Below, in pieces: positions 26,298 to 40,716 of a stretch of 64,000 bases of DNA. Below the pieces are notes generated by a model. The model had not been told where the DNA came from. It saw only the letters and a list, made by a program, of their open reading frames with translations, and ran no database searches. Origin of the DNA: Eledone cirrhosa (taxonomy: Eukaryota); the NCBI GenBank assembly GCA_964016885.1, contig OZ024759.1:12772001-12836000 (forward strand), in the 5' to 3' direction. Numbering within the stretch: the stretch's first letter is position 1; every line of letters begins with the position of its first letter. The translations under genes were made by a program, and so were the position numbers.

Positions 26298-29175
26298 CAT
26301 CTCGTGAAATAGCGGAGATGCTGGAGAGAAGGCATGTGGATGTGTGCTGCGTGCAAGAGGTAAGATGGAGATGTGCCTCTGCGAGACTAATCGCAGGCAA
26401 ACATCTTAATTATAAGCTTTTCTGGGTAGGTAAGGATGATGGGTTAGGGGGAGTAGGCATTTTCCTGGCTGAGAGATGGATCAATAAGACAATAGAGGTA
26501 GTTTGAGTTAGTAATCGAATAATTAAGCTTAGATTAGTTGTAGGTAGGAGACTACTGACAATCTTCTCTGCCTATGCTCCCCAAGCAGGCCTAGGTAAAG
26601 AAGAGAAAGACTGCTTTTACAAGCAACTTTTACAAACAGCTGCAATGACAGAGGACGGAGACATCGTTATGCTAGCAGGAGACTTCAATGGTCATGTTGG
26701 ACAACTCCAGGATGGTTACACTGGGGTTAATGGTGGGCATGGTTACAGCTCAAGAAATGAAGGAGTGAGACTTCTTGAATTTTGTGACGCAAATACACTG
26801 ACTATTTGCAACACTAACTTCCAGAAACCTGCCAGCCACCTAATAACCTACAAACCAGGCAAGCACTTAAGCCAGATGACTTCTTACAAGTTAGGCAGCG
26901 GGACAGCCAGATGGTGTCAAATACCAAGGCATACTCTGGGGAAGAATGCACCCCACAGCATAGGTTAGTCGTTAGTGATATCTCAGTAAGCAAGAGATGG
27001 AATGAGACCTACAGGAAGGTGTGGAGAAGAAAGGTCTGGAAGCTAAAAGACCTTTCACTAAAATACAAATGTAGGAAAGCCCTTCAAGATGTGTATGACG
27101 AAAAAGAAGACGATTTAGAGTCGTATGACATAGATAATAACTGGAATTTCTTACGTGACAATTTACTACAGGCTACTGATTAAACTTGTGGCTGGAGCAG
27201 AGCTCCAACCAGACAGAGAGTGACCTGGTGGTGGAACAGCACAGTAGATAATGCCATTAGATACAAAAGACTAGCATGGAAGGCTTGGAAAAAGGGTGGG
27301 AGTAGAGAATGATATACAGCCGCTAAGAGAGAAGTTAGACGTCAGGTGTACTTAACACGCAGGGAGGCTGAGAGTAGGAGGTTTGCCAATGTTCTGCGAC
27401 GGGAAGATCACAGGCGTGCGGTGTTCCACATTGCAAGGCAGTGTGTCAATGCAAATCAGGGTGTTGTTGGAGATAAACGTGTCCGGAATGATGCCGGTGT
27501 ACTTAGTGTCATGAATGATCAGAAAAAGGATGCCTGGAAATGTCATTATGAGAGACTGATGAATGTGGAGAACGAATGGGAGAGAGAGAAATTACCCTTA
27601 GTAGATCCAACAGAGGGACCAGCCATTGAGATTGACGAATATAGGGTCCAAGAAGTGATTAAGGAAATGAAAAATGGTAAGGCTGCTGGACCATCGGGAA
27701 TAGTTGCTGAAGACATCAGGGGTCGTAGACACTAAACTGGTTGCACGCATAATCAATCAGGCTACATATGGTGGTGCCATACCCAAAGACTGGTGCAGCA
27801 GTATTCTCATAAATTGCTACAAAGGTAAAGGGGATGCTCTGGAGAGGAGCAATTATAGGGGTATAAAACTGATAGATCAGGTTATGAAAGTGGCAGAAAG
27901 GATATTAGCACAACTAATTAGAGAAAGGGTCAAACTAGATGAGATGCAGTTTGGTTTTGTGCCTAGGAAGAGTACAACAGATGCCCTCTTCTTGGTGAGA
28001 CAATTGCAAGAGAGGTTCTTAGAGAAAAATAAGCCACTATACTTAGCCTTTGTTGACCTAGAGAAGGCCTTTGATAGGGTACCCCGATCTGTCATCTGGT
28101 GATCCCTAAGGAAACTAGGTGTTGAGGAATGGTTTGTGAGGACAGTGCAAACTTTGTACAGAGGTACTCTCAGTAAAGTCAGGGTAGGAATGGAGTTTAG
28201 TGAGGAATTACAGATACAAGTGGGAGTACATCAAGGTTCGGTCCTCAGCCCGCTCTTGTTTATTATAGTCCTCGAAGCCATAACAGAGGAGTTTAAGACT
28301 GGCTGTCCATGGGAACTTCTCTATGCTGACGATCTGGTTCTTATAACAGAATCAGTAGAGGAGCTAGAGAATAAATTCTGGCTATGGAAACAGCAGTTGG
28401 AAGCAAGAGGACTGAGAGTGAACCTAGCTAAGACAAAACTCTGATTCTGTCAGGGAAATGGCCATGTTCGATATGCAGAAAAGGAACTGGCATAAATTCT
28501 ATAAAATGCACACAATGCAGATCCTGGGTACACAAGAGATGTAGCGGGATAGCAGGCAAACTAACAGGTAGAAAGAAATATGTATGCAGTAGATGTACAG
28601 CGAAATTAGACAGTAGAAGTCGCATTGATAGACACATTTTTCAAATGCAGGCGGGTGCTATAGAAGTGGTGGATAGCTTCCGGTACCTAGGAGATCAGAT
28701 TAGCATGGGATGGGGGGGGGGGGGGGGTTCTGAGGCCATAGTATCTAGAATAAGTGTGGGTTGGAAGAAGTTTAGGGAGCTGCTTCCTCTGCTGACGAAG
28801 AAGGGTTTCTCCCTGCATACGAAAGGCCGGTTATATGATGCCAATGTGAGGAGCGCGATGCTGCATGGTAGTGAGACTTGGGCAGCAACTGCAGAGGATG
28901 TGCGACGGCTGGAGAGAAATGAGGCAAGCATGCTCCTTTGGATGTGCAGTGTAAATGTGCATGAACGACCCAGCATGGATGTGTTGAGAGAGAAACTGTG
29001 TCTGAGAGGGATAGAATGTAATGTGTGAGAGAGGAGACTGAGGTGGTATGGACATGTGATACGCATGGAGGATGACCGATGGGTGAAGAAGTGTCAGGAA
29101 ATGCCAGTTGAAGGAAGACGTGGTAGAGGTAGACCACAAAAAACATGGGCGGGGAAGTTGAGAACAAACCCTAAG
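26298..29175 (+). mobile_element. Near full-length decayed RTE-clade LINE ORF (APE endonuclease + RT), multiple stops and frameshifts
   Basis: VDVCCVQEVRW, GDFNGHVG, NYRGIKL, FVDLEKAFDRVPR, GVHQGSVLSPLLF, LLYADD, RWYGHV motifs. Confidence 0.95.
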
Positions 29176-29204
29176 ACCTTCTTTAAATATGCAAAAGAGA
29201 CTGC

Positions 29205-30658
29205 CTTAGGGTTTGTTCTCACCACCTCCGCCCATGCTTTTCGTGGTCTACTTCTACCACGTCTTCCTTCAACTGGCACTTCTTTACCCATCGGTCATCC
29301 TCCATGCGCATCATATGTCCATACCACCAGTCTCCTCTCTCGCACACTACATTCAATCCCTCTCAACACATCCAACGGAGCATACTTGCCTCATTTCTCT
29401 CCAGCCATCGCTGCCCAAGTCTCTCTACCATGCAGCATCGCGCTCCTCACACAGGCATCATATAACCAGCCTTTCTAACGCAGGGGAAAACCCTTCTTCG
29501 CCAGCAGCTCCCTAAACTTCTTCCAACCCCTCATTCTAGATACTATGGCCTCGGAACACCCCTCCTTCCATGCTAATCTGATCTCCTAGGTACCGGAAAC
29601 TATCAACCACTTCTATAGCACCCGCATGCATTTGAAAAATGTCTATCAATGCGACTTCTACTGTGATCTGCGATTTCCCTGTACATCTACTGAATACGTA
29701 TTTCTCCCTACCTGTTAGTTTGCCTGCTATCCCACTACATCTCTTGTGTACCCAACATCTGCATTGTGTGCATTTTATAGAATTTATGCCAGTTCCTTTT
29801 CTGCATATTGAAGATGGCCATTTCCCTGACGGAATCAAAGTTTTGTCCTCTTTTCTACTCATCAACAATTTTGTCTTAGCTAGGTTCACTCTCAGTCTTC
29901 TTGCTTCCATACCTTGAATTTATTCTCTAGCTCCTCTACAGATTCTGCTATAAGTACCAGATCGTCAGCATAGAGAAGTTCCCATGGACAGCCAGTCTTA
30001 AACTCCTCTGTCATGGTTTGGAGGACTATAATAAACAAGAGCGGGCTGAGCGCTGAACCTTGCTGTACTCCAACTTGCATCTGGAATTCCTCACTAAACT
30101 CCATTCCTACCCTGACTTTACTGACAGCACCTCTGTACACAGTTTGCACTGTCCTCACAAGCCATTCCTCAACACCTAGTTTCCTTAGGGATCACCAAAT
30201 GACAGATTGGGGTACCCTATCAAAGGCCTTCTCTAGGTCAACAAAGGCTAAGTATAGTGGCTTATTCTTCTCTAAGAACCTCTCTTGTAATTCTCACCAA
30301 GAAGAGGGCATCTGTTGTACTTTTCCCAGGCACAAAACCAAACTGCATCTCATCTAGTTTGACCCTTTCTCTAATTAGTTGTGCTAATATCCGTTCTGCC
30401 ACTTTCATAACCTGATCCATCAGTTTTATACCCCTATAATTGCTCCTCTCCAGAGCATCCCCTTTACCTTTGTAGCAATTTATGAGAATACTGCTGCACC
30501 AGTCTTTGGGTATGACACTACTATATATAGCCTGATTGATGATGCGTGCAACCAGTTTAGTGCCTACGTCCCCTGATGCCTTCAGCATCTCAGCAACTAT
30601 CCCTGACAGTCCAGCGGCCTTACCATTCTCATTTCCTTAATTGCCTCTTGGACCCTAT
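29205..30658 (-). mobile_element. Inverted copy of the RT half of the same RTE family
   Basis: Reverse complement of 27640-29175 with independent indels; same RT motifs. Confidence 0.93.
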
Positions 30659-30667
30659 ATATATATA

Positions 30668-32011
30668 TCATCATCATCGTTTATCTTCCATGCTAGCATG
30701 TGTTTAGACAGGAATTGTCCCACGTGAGGCAAGATTGGTTGCCTTGCTCGTATAGGACTGTCTAGCGGCTTTTCTACGGCTGGATGCCCTTCCTAACACC
30801 AACAACGTTTACAGTGTGGACTGGGAGGTTTTACCGTGTTACCTACACGGCCACATTACAGCATGGACTGTGTGTCTTTTTTGTCGTGACACCTACACAA
30901 CCTCATTTATTTCGGACTGGATGTTGTGGCACCAACATAACTTTAGGTGTAGATGGGGGTAAGGGTAGTAGGGTGGGGGTGTATTTTTGGTTAGGAGGTG
31001 CCTACTGACTGTAGGTTTCGCTTTGTACTTAGGCAAGGCAGGTCTTCTGTATTACTGCGTAGCGCCAAAGATCTCGGTCCAGTGACATTGTCTTGGAGAG
31101 GTGCAAGTGTGTAAGGTCGGAATTTATCAAATCGTCCCAGGTTTTTCTGGGTCTGCCTACTCCGTAGCTTCCATCTATTTTGATTGCCCTGCACTTTTTT
31201 ATACAGCTGTCGTCTTTCATGCGCATCACGTGACCATACCAACGTAGTCTTCTCTTGAGTAAACAACATCTGAGCCCTCTTATTCCTAATTTCTCCCTTA
31301 TTACTATTACACATCCAATGGAGCATGCAAGCTTCGTTCCTCTCCAGTCTGCGCAGATCCTCTGCACACAATGCCCATGTCTCACTGCCATGTAACATTG
31401 CTGTTCGTATGCAGGCATCATACAGTCTGCCTTTAATTTTTAGGGAGAACCCTTTAGTGGCCAACAGTGGTATAAGCTCTCTGAACTTTTTCCATCCCAT
31501 TCTGACTCTAGCTACTGTACTTTCAGAGCACCCACCACCACTGCTGATTTTGTCACCCAGGTAACGGAAGGTGTCCACTATTTCTATAGAACCATCTGGG
31601 CAATGGAAGGAGCTAGTATCCTGTGGGCACTTGCTAATACTTATTGCACCAGAGCACCGGCCACATATAAAATTTACGTTCTTAGATAGCTTACCTGTGA
31701 TCCCACTACATCTTTTATGCACCCATACTTTGCATTTGGGACATAAAATGGAGTTTCTGCCTACTCCTTTCCTACACACTGAGCATGGCCATTTCCCAGA
31801 GGGTACCAGTGCCCTATTTTCCTTCCTATATACTAGAACTTTAGTCTTAGACAAGTTAATTTTAAGGCCTTTTGATTCTAGGCCATGCTTCCAAGAATTT
31901 CTTCACTAGTTCAGCCATTGATTCGGCTATGAGCGTTATATCATCTGCGTATAGAAGTTCCCATGGGCAGACGGTCTTGAACTAAGGGCAATAAAAAATA
32001 GGAGAGGGCTA

Positions 32012-32012
<1 letters not shown>
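30668..32012 (-). mobile_element. RTE LINE 3' portion (different subfamily) with tail
   Basis: PWELLYADD, KWPCSVCRKGVG.NSI.C..C..WVHKRC, MLHGSETW, GRPRKTW; tail at 30668-30830. Confidence 0.9.
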
Positions 32013-32045
<33 letters not shown>

Positions 32046-32399
32046 GTGGTAAAAAAACCAGGAGTTTATATCCATAGTTGGTAGAGCACTCAATCCAAAA
32101 GACAAGTGTAGTATAGAGTTAGTTCCACATGGTTTAATTTGTTGTAGAAGTGGGGGAAGAATTACTTCACTGGGGCTTGATGTTCTTTAATAATTCAAAT
32201 CTTTAAAACAAGTTATTGATATTGGTTAATATAAATAACTTATTGTAAAGATTTGAATTAAAAAACACCAACCACCAGGGAAGTAACTCTACGCCCTTTT
32301 TTACACATTTACCTTACTCCACCAAAGAGTTCACTTCATATTCTAAAACATACGCACACACATGTGTATATATATATATATATACACACATACATATAC

Positions 32400-32745
32400 A
32401 CTGTTAATGTGGTTGGCATTAGGAAGGGCATCCAGCCGTAGAAAACCTGCCAGAAACACCCCTATTTGAGCAATACACGGTCACCCGACACAACTTCAAA
32501 TGGGACAATTCCCGTCTAACCCATGCTAGTGCGGAAGATGGACGTTAATCGATGATGATGATGACATATATATCATCATCATCACCATTTAACGTCTATC
32601 TTCCACGCTAGCATGGGTTAGACGGGAATTGTCCCACTTGAGGCAAGATTGTGTCGGGTGACCGTGTCTCGCTCATATAGGACTGTATCTGGCAGATTTT
32701 CTATGGCTGGATGCCCTTCCTAACACCAACCACATTTACAGTGTG
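32400..32745. mobile_element. Tail-to-tail inverted pair of RTE/SINE 3' tails
   Basis: 32400-32565 (+) ends in gatgatgatga; 32573-32745 is its reverse complement. Confidence 0.8.
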
Positions 32746-32869
32746 GATATATATATATACATACATATGTATACACAGACATCGTTTTTAAGTCTGTGTC
32801 TCCACACCTGCACGGGTTGGGCAGGTAATTCTCAATACAGCATCTCTCTACTTGCCTCATTCCTTTGTC

Positions 32870-33748
32870 ATCTCCTCTGTGAGTCTCAGCAATTTAATGA
32901 TCAGTTCTTACCACTTCTGATCCCTCTTAAACCCAGTTTCTCCTTCACTCTCCTCAGAGACCCTCCTCCACAGTTGATTAACTCATCTACATAACAGAAG
33001 CTGTCAACCACTTCTATGGGTCCTTCCTGTGATTGATAAGGGCTTATACCATTGAAACTTCCCCCTCGATTACTCCTGTACATCTACATACAAAGTCTGC
33101 CCATTATCCAACTACATCTTTTGTGTAGCCAAGATTTACATCGTATGGAGTTTATGCCTAGTCCTTTTCTACATATTGAGCAGTGCCTCTTCCCTGAAGA
33201 AATCAAGGTCCTATCTTCTTTCCCACTTACTAGCTAGCCCTTTAGTTTTGGCTAACTTTACTCTCAGACCTTTTCATTCCAAATTCTGTTACCATAGTAG
33301 AAATTTATTTTCTAGTTCTTCTATGGATTCAGTTATAAGGGCCAGATTATCTACATACTTTTAAACACTTCTGTTATGGCCTGGAGAACTATGATGAACA
33401 GCAGTGGGCTAAGAACCGAACCCTGACGAACTACTACCTGCTTTGTGAATTCCTCAAACTAACTTCCTACTCTCACTTTACTGACAGCTCCTCTGTACAT
33501 GACTTGCACTGCTCTCACAAGCCCTTCTTAAGGACCCCAGATAATAAATTGAAGTACTCTGTCAAAGGCCTTTTCTAGATCAATGAAGGTAAATATAGCA
33601 GCTTATTGTTGGCTAGGAACTTGTAGTTGTCTCGCTAACAAGAGGTTATCTGTAGTACTTTTCCCAGGCATGAAAACAAACTGCATCTCATCTAATTTCA
33701 CTCTATCCCTAATTAGCTGTGCTATTTCTCTCATCACTTTCCTTACTT
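32870..33748 (-). mobile_element. Degraded RTE LINE RT fragment
   Basis: IAQLIRDRVKLDEMQF.FMPGKSTTD and IEVVDSFCY motifs. Confidence 0.8.
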
Positions 33749-33758
33749 TGTGTGTGTG

Positions 33759-33804
<46 letters not shown>

Positions 33805-34103
33805 CACACACACACAGACACGTATATACCATGAACGTGGTTTTGTCTTTGCGTGTAATTGTTTTCACCGCTCCAAATAATGATGTATGATCTTCGTTTT
33901 TTTCCGTTCATTGCCAGGGAACGTTTCCATGAACCAAAGTATCGTCTTCCTGCCTTCCTTCGGTTGCAACGTGTTTTGAAATATTTACTTCTGCGTTCAC
34001 AGATTGATATTTTTAGTTTCAGAAGATCCCATTAAAGGTGAAAGCAGCGATTCTTTGCTTAAACTTTAAACTGTTATTTTAATAAATAAATATATATATA
34101 TAG

Positions 34104-34150
<47 letters not shown>

Positions 34151-34204
34151 AATTGAAATAGAAGTGGAAGCTTCGCTGTAATACTAACTCAATAATATAG
34201 TCTA

Positions 34205-34978
34205 ATAAATATTTCTACTTTTGGCACAAGGCCAGCAATTACCCCAGTGTATTACTGGTACTTTATTTTATCGACCCCGTAAAGATGAAAGGCAAAGTTA
34301 ACCTCGGCGGGATTTGAACTCAGACCATAAAGGGCCGTAACTCTATGCTACAAAGCATGGCGTCCGACCCTCTACTGATACTGCCAATCCACAGTCTAAT
34401 AATTGTTTCTACGTTAGGCACAAGGCCAGCAATTACCCAGTGCATTACTGGTACTTTATTTTATCGACCCCGTAAGGATGAAAGGCAAAGTTAACCTCGG
34501 CGGGATTTGAACTCAGACCATAAAGGGCCGTAACTCTATGCTACAAAGCATGGCGTCCGACCCTCTACTGATACTGCCAATCCACAGTCTAATAATTGTT
34601 TCTACGTTAGGCACAAGGCCAGCAATTACCCAGTGCATTACTGGTACTTTATTTTATCGACCCCGTAAGGATGAAAGGCAAAGTTAACCTCGGCGGGATT
34701 TGAACTCAGACCATAAAGGGCCGTAACTCTATGCTACAAAGCATGGCGTCCGACCCTCTACTGATACTGCCAATCCACAGTCTAATAATTGTTTCTATGT
34801 TAGGCACAAGGCCAGCAATTACCCAGTGCATTACTGGTACTTTATTTTATCGACCCCGTAAGGATGAAAGGTAAAGTTAACCTCGGCGGGATTTGAACTC
34901 AGAATGGCAAGGGCCGTAACTCTATATGTCAAATCATGGCGTCCGACCCTCTCCCAATACTGCCAATCCACCCTAATA
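34205..34978 (-). mobile_element. Four head-to-tail SINE-B copies (193-bp period)
   Basis: caaggccagcaattacc at 34227, 34421, 34614 and 34807. Each copy has a B box gagttcaaatcc and a Meta-domain-like core gcctttcatccttacggggtcgataaa. Confidence 0.9.
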
Positions 34979-35049
34979 ATAGGAGCGGATGTGTGCCGAG
35001 ACCCATCTTTATCCATTCAGTTGGTTTATTGACCCATTATTAGACTATA

Positions 35050-35175
35050 TTTTACGGTCTGAGTTCAAATCCCGCCGAGGTTAACTTTGCCTTTCATCCT
35101 TACGGGGTCGATAAAATAAAATACCAGTAATACACTGGGTAATTGCTGGCCTTGTGCCTAATATTTAGACAATGT
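35050..35175 (+). mobile_element. SINE-B 3' part, inverted relative to the preceding array
   Basis: Reverse complement of 34800-34905. Confidence 0.8.
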
Positions 35176-35189
35176 TTCAAAACATTCTT

Positions 35190-35951
35190 CCTTTATATAT
35201 TTATACACACATATATAAGTTCATATATACATATACACACATATTTATGTATATATATATATATATACACACATATATGTATATATACACACATATATAT
35301 GTATATATACACACATATATATATATATATACACACATATATATGTATATATACACACATATATATATGTATATATACACACATATATATATGTATATAT
35401 ACACACATATATATATGTATATATACACACATATACATATGTATATATATACACACACACATATATATGTATATATATACACACACACATATATACACAC
35501 ACATATATGTTTATACACACACATATATATGTATATATACACACACATATATATATATAGACATACATATATGTATATATATATACATACATACATATAT
35601 ATTTATATATACACACATATATATGTATATATACACACATATATATGTATATATACACACATATATATGTATATATACACACATATATATATGTATATAT
35701 ATACACACACACATATATATGTATATATATACACACACACATATGTATATATACACACACATATATATGTATATATACACACACATATATGTATATATAG
35801 AAATACATAGATATGTATACACACACACACACACATATATATGTATATATACACACATATATGTATATATAGACACACACAAAGCGTGGAACACGGACGT
35901 TAAACGTTGATGATGATGATGATGTATATATACACACACACATATATATAT

Positions 35952-35992
<41 letters not shown>

Positions 35993-36045
35993 TATGTATA
36001 TATATATATATACACACATATATATGTATATATACACACATATCT
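35190..36045. repeat. Compound (TA)n/(CA)n microsatellite
   Basis: Directly visible; short RTE-tail remnant at 35880-35925. Confidence 0.95.
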
Positions 36046-36544
36046 ATAATGCAAAGCAAAACAAAAACAATAAGAGAACAAGAACTTGGTAGGACAGTAT
36101 GGAAATAATTTAACACTGAAATGACATAAGAGTGTCTTCAACGTTTTGGACGATGGTCCTTCATCTGAAATAAAAGAAGAGGGGAGAGAGGAGGCGACAG
36201 ATACTGAGAGAAGTTCAGTAGATTAAAATTTAGAAACTGCAGGATGGGAAAGGGGAGATAATAAAAGCGATTTTATTTCTTGAGATTTAATCATTTTTTT
36301 TTTTCTGAGGAACACAAGGAATAAAATGGAATGTAGACAATATACAACAGAGACATTGTTTACATTTAGTTGTTGTTGTTGTTGTTGTTGATGTGTCTGG
36401 GGTTGGTGGAGGGGAGAGGTTCGTTACAAAGAATTCCTCACAATCATCAGACAGGGGAAATGAAAAAGGTTAATTCCACTTTCTGGCCAATTTATTCACT
36501 CAACAAATAAAGCAGGCCCTCACTTTCATAAATAAATAATAATA

Positions 36545-37360
36545 ATAATAGTTTCTGATCTAGCCACAAGACCAGCAATTTTGGGGGGAGGGGAAAGTCG
36601 ATTAAATCGACCCCAATGCATTACTGGTACTTTATTTTATCAACCTTGTCACGATTTTAACTCAGAAGGTAAAGGACTGTAACTCTATGCCACGAAGCAT
36701 AGAGTTACGACGCTATACCGATTACTGCCAACCCATGGCCCTAGTAATAATAATAATGGTTTCTGGTTTAGGCACAAGGCCAACAATTTAAAAGGGGAAA
36801 GTCAATTAAACTGACCCCGTTAAGATGAATGGCAAAGCTACCCTCAGCAGGATTTGAACTCAGGATGGAAAGAGGTGAAACAAATACCGTAATGACATTG
36901 CAACTGACGCTCTACCAACTCAGCCAATACCACAGCATTAATAATAATAATAATAATAATTATTTATTTATTGGCCACAGGGGCTGAAATAATAATAATT
37001 GTTTCTACTTTTGGCACAAGGCCAGCAATTACCCCAGTGCATTACTGGTACTTTATTTTATCGACCCCGTAAGGATGAAAGGCAAAGTCAACCTCGGCAG
37101 GATTTGAACTCAGACCATAAAGGGACGTAACTATGCTAGAAAGCATGGCGTCCGACCCTCTACCGATTTTGCCAATCCGCCGCCCGTTATAATAATTATA
37201 ATGATTTCTGATTTAGGCACAAGGCCAGCAATTTTGGGGGGAGGGGAAAGTCAGTTAAATCAACCCCCGATATTACTGGTACTTTATTTTATCAACCTTG
37301 TAAAGATGAAAGGCAAAGCTAACCTTGGTGGGATTTGAACTCAGAATGTAAAGGGCTCAT
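36545..37360 (-). mobile_element. Cluster of four diverged SINE-B copies separated by (AAT)n tails
   Basis: Repeated ggcacaaggccagcaatt...ggatttgaactcag blocks. Confidence 0.8.
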
Positions 37361-37468
37361 AATAAATCATTATACTAGTTGCAGAATACAAAACATGGTA
37401 CATACAATTATTTAGAATGTCTACATCAACTACAACATCAACATCAACAGCAACAGCATCAACATTAA

Positions 37469-37886
37469 CTCTTTAGCATTTAAACCAGCCACATCTGGCC
37501 AGAACCTCTCTCACCTCTTTCTGTTCAAACCAACCATGACTGGCGCCTCATACTGACGTTAAGGTATTGTTCTCAGAATAAATAACATCAAAATCTCGTA
37601 GATTTGAAATTATGTAAGGTAAAGCCTTTACCACAAAAATACAATAGTATATATAGAGTAATGTAAATGTTAAAGGGTCAAACCGGCCATATCCGGCTAG
37701 AATTCTCTCACCTCTTTCTGTTCAAACCAGCTGTAACCAGCCACTCATACTGATATTAAGGTAATGTTCTCAAAATAAATACTTTCAAAAATCTCATAGA
37801 TTCGATATTATGTGAGATATTATGTGAGGTAAGTCTTTACCGTGAAAATATAATAGTATATATAGAGTAATGTAAATGCTAAAGGG
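37469..37886 (+). mobile_element. piggyBac-like MITE, tandem dimer
   Basis: TTAA|ctctttagcattta ... taaatgctaaaggg|TTAA; the body occurs twice. Confidence 0.8.
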
Positions 37887-37894
37887 TTAACGTC

Positions 37895-38600
37895 AACATG
37901 AACAGCACGATATTAATATCAACATGACAGCGGCGATATTAATATCATAAACAGCAGCGATATTAATATCATAAACATCAACGATATTAATATCAACATA
38001 AACAGCAACGATATTAATATCAACATGAACAGCGGCGATATTAATATCAACATGAACAGCGGCGATATTAATATCATAAACAGCAACGATATTAATATCA
38101 ACATAAACAGCAACGATATTAATATCAACATGAACAGCGGCGATATTAATATCAACATGAACAGCGGCGATATTAATATCATAAACAGCAACGATATTAA
38201 TATCAACATAAACAGCAGCGATATTAATATCAACATGAACAGCGGCGATATTAATATCATAAACAGCAACGATATTAATATCAACATGAACAGCGGCGAT
38301 ATTAATATCATAAACAGCAACGATATTAATATCAACATAAACAGCAGCGATATTAATATCAACATGAACAGCGGCGATATTAATATCAACATGAACAGCG
38401 GCGATATTAATATCATAAACAGCAACGATATTAATATCAACATGAACAGCGGCGATATTAATATCATAAACAGCAACGATATTAATATCAACATAAACAG
38501 CAACGATATTAATATCAACATGAACAGCGGCGATATTAATATCATAAACAGCAGCGATATTAATATCATAAACAGCAACGATATTAATATCAACATAAAC
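37895..38600. repeat. 21/27-bp minisatellite with palindromic core gatattaatatc
   Basis: Units aacagcggcgatattaatatcaacatg and aacagcaacgatattaatatcata. Confidence 0.95.
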
Positions 38601-38999
38601 AACAACAACATTATAACATTATCCAACTTAGGTAACAACAGCAACAACAGCAACAACAACATCCAACTTAGATAAATCTTGTTCTCTTTTTCTTCATAGT
38701 TTCCATATTTTGCAGTGAAAGCCTTAGAGAAGAAGAAAGACAAACAACAACATTATATACAAAATGTGAGACACCACCTCATTGACCCTATCCCTCACTT
38801 TCGTCCCCTCTACACATCATCATATATATATATATGTGTCTATATATATATATATATGTCTGTATGTATATGTATATGTCTATATATAAGTGTGTGTGTG
38901 TGTGTATATATGTATGTGTGTGTATGTATGTGTGTGTGTATATATATATATGTATGTGTGTGTGTATGTATGTATGTGTGTGTATATATATATATATAT

Positions 39000-39610
39000 G
39001 TCAGGTCACCACTTGGTGCTACTGGTAACATGTATCCCAGTACAACCTGCCCCATGGTCGGGTTGTTGGCGACTAAACTGGCAACCCCACCAAGGTTTCT
39101 TGGTGAGGAGGGTGACTTTGGACATCCTGCAGGACTAAAAACAAAACCTGTCAAAGGGCAAAGGAGCTCTTAAGAGTCAATGGCCATCCAAAATCACTGG
39201 GAGAGATGACCCCTTAGCCTTTGTCAAGGCAGAATTCTATGAAAGAGAAAACTCTGATCTAACACCTGCAACCCTGATGGTATCCAATGATGTTGACATG
39301 TTCTTCTTTTTGGTAAATATCATCTTGGTTAAGAGAGTGGGACTCGCTTTGTGCAGTGCCTTTGCTCACTATAAAAGCTTCACGGCACAGGCATTGCTTT
39401 ATATCTGGAGATCTCTCTGCACTTGTCGTTACATGGTACCAAAGGCAAAGCACTATGTGTCAATAATGGTCACAAGTGTAGTGTTTGTACCAGAGTTTTC
39501 AAGTCGCTGGCTGGACTAAAAAGTCACATTCGTTCAGCGCATCGGTAGGGGTTCTCCTACATGGATATAAAGTAGTGGCCGTACTCGAAAACGAGTTGGC
39601 AGCCACCATA
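39000..39610. mobile_element. Probable retroelement remnants embedded in a microsatellite
   Basis: 39000-39275 resembles an RTE 5' leader (…gaaaactctgatctaacacct). 39280-39610 on minus gives the weak RT-like string PLLYIHVGEPL. Confidence 0.3.
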
Positions 39611-39625
39611 TCTATGTCTATATAT

Positions 39626-39680
<55 letters not shown>

Positions 39681-39753
39681 TGTGTGTGTGTATGTATGTG
39701 TGTGTGTGTGTGTGTATATATATATGTATGTCTATATATAAGTCTATATATAA

Positions 39754-39791
<38 letters not shown>

Positions 39792-39805
39792 GTATGTCTA
39801 TATAT

Positions 39806-39861
<56 letters not shown>

Positions 39862-39877
39862 GTATGTCTATATATAA

Positions 39878-39913
<36 letters not shown>

Positions 39914-39928
39914 GTATGTCTATATATA

Positions 39929-39959
<31 letters not shown>

Positions 39960-39974
39960 GTATGTCTATATATA

Positions 39975-40009
<35 letters not shown>

Positions 40010-40023
40010 GTATGTCTATATAT

Positions 40024-40075
<52 letters not shown>

Positions 40076-40087
40076 GTCTATATATAA

Positions 40088-40127
<40 letters not shown>

Positions 40128-40155
40128 GTATGTCTATATATAAGTCTATATATAA

Positions 40156-40193
<38 letters not shown>

Positions 40194-40208
40194 GTATGTC
40201 TATATATA

Positions 40209-40243
<35 letters not shown>

Positions 40244-40259
40244 GTATGTCTATATATAA

Positions 40260-40299
<40 letters not shown>

Positions 40300-40314
40300 G
40301 TATGTCTATATATA

Positions 40315-40347
<33 letters not shown>

Positions 40348-40363
40348 GTATGTCTATATATAA

Positions 40364-40401
<38 letters not shown>

Positions 40402-40413
40402 GTCTATATATAA

Positions 40414-40449
<36 letters not shown>

Positions 40450-40479
40450 GTATGTCTATATAAATAAGTCTATATATAA

Positions 40480-40517
<38 letters not shown>

Positions 40518-40529
40518 GTCTATATATAA

Positions 40530-40563
<34 letters not shown>

Positions 40564-40579
40564 GTATGTCTATATATAA

Positions 40580-40619
<40 letters not shown>

Positions 40620-40635
40620 GTATGTCTATATATAA

Positions 40636-40681
<46 letters not shown>

Positions 40682-40716
40682 GTCTATATATAAGTGTGTG
40701 TGTGTGTGTATATATA
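39610..40716. repeat. Higher-order compound microsatellite
   Basis: Anchor tatgtctatatataag followed by variable (TG)n(TA)n, repeated about 20 times. Confidence 0.92.

Noticed and set aside
29160-29205. NPKTFFKYAK peptide resembling a CR1/L2 ORF2 motif at the RTE junction
   Set aside because: Too short (29-nt spacer) to distinguish from chance.
37919-38743. 274-aa hydrophobic ORF and Asn/Ile-rich opposite ORF
   Set aside because: Minisatellite with unit lengths divisible by 3. Only the unique 38660-38722 part could be an exon, and there is no homology support.
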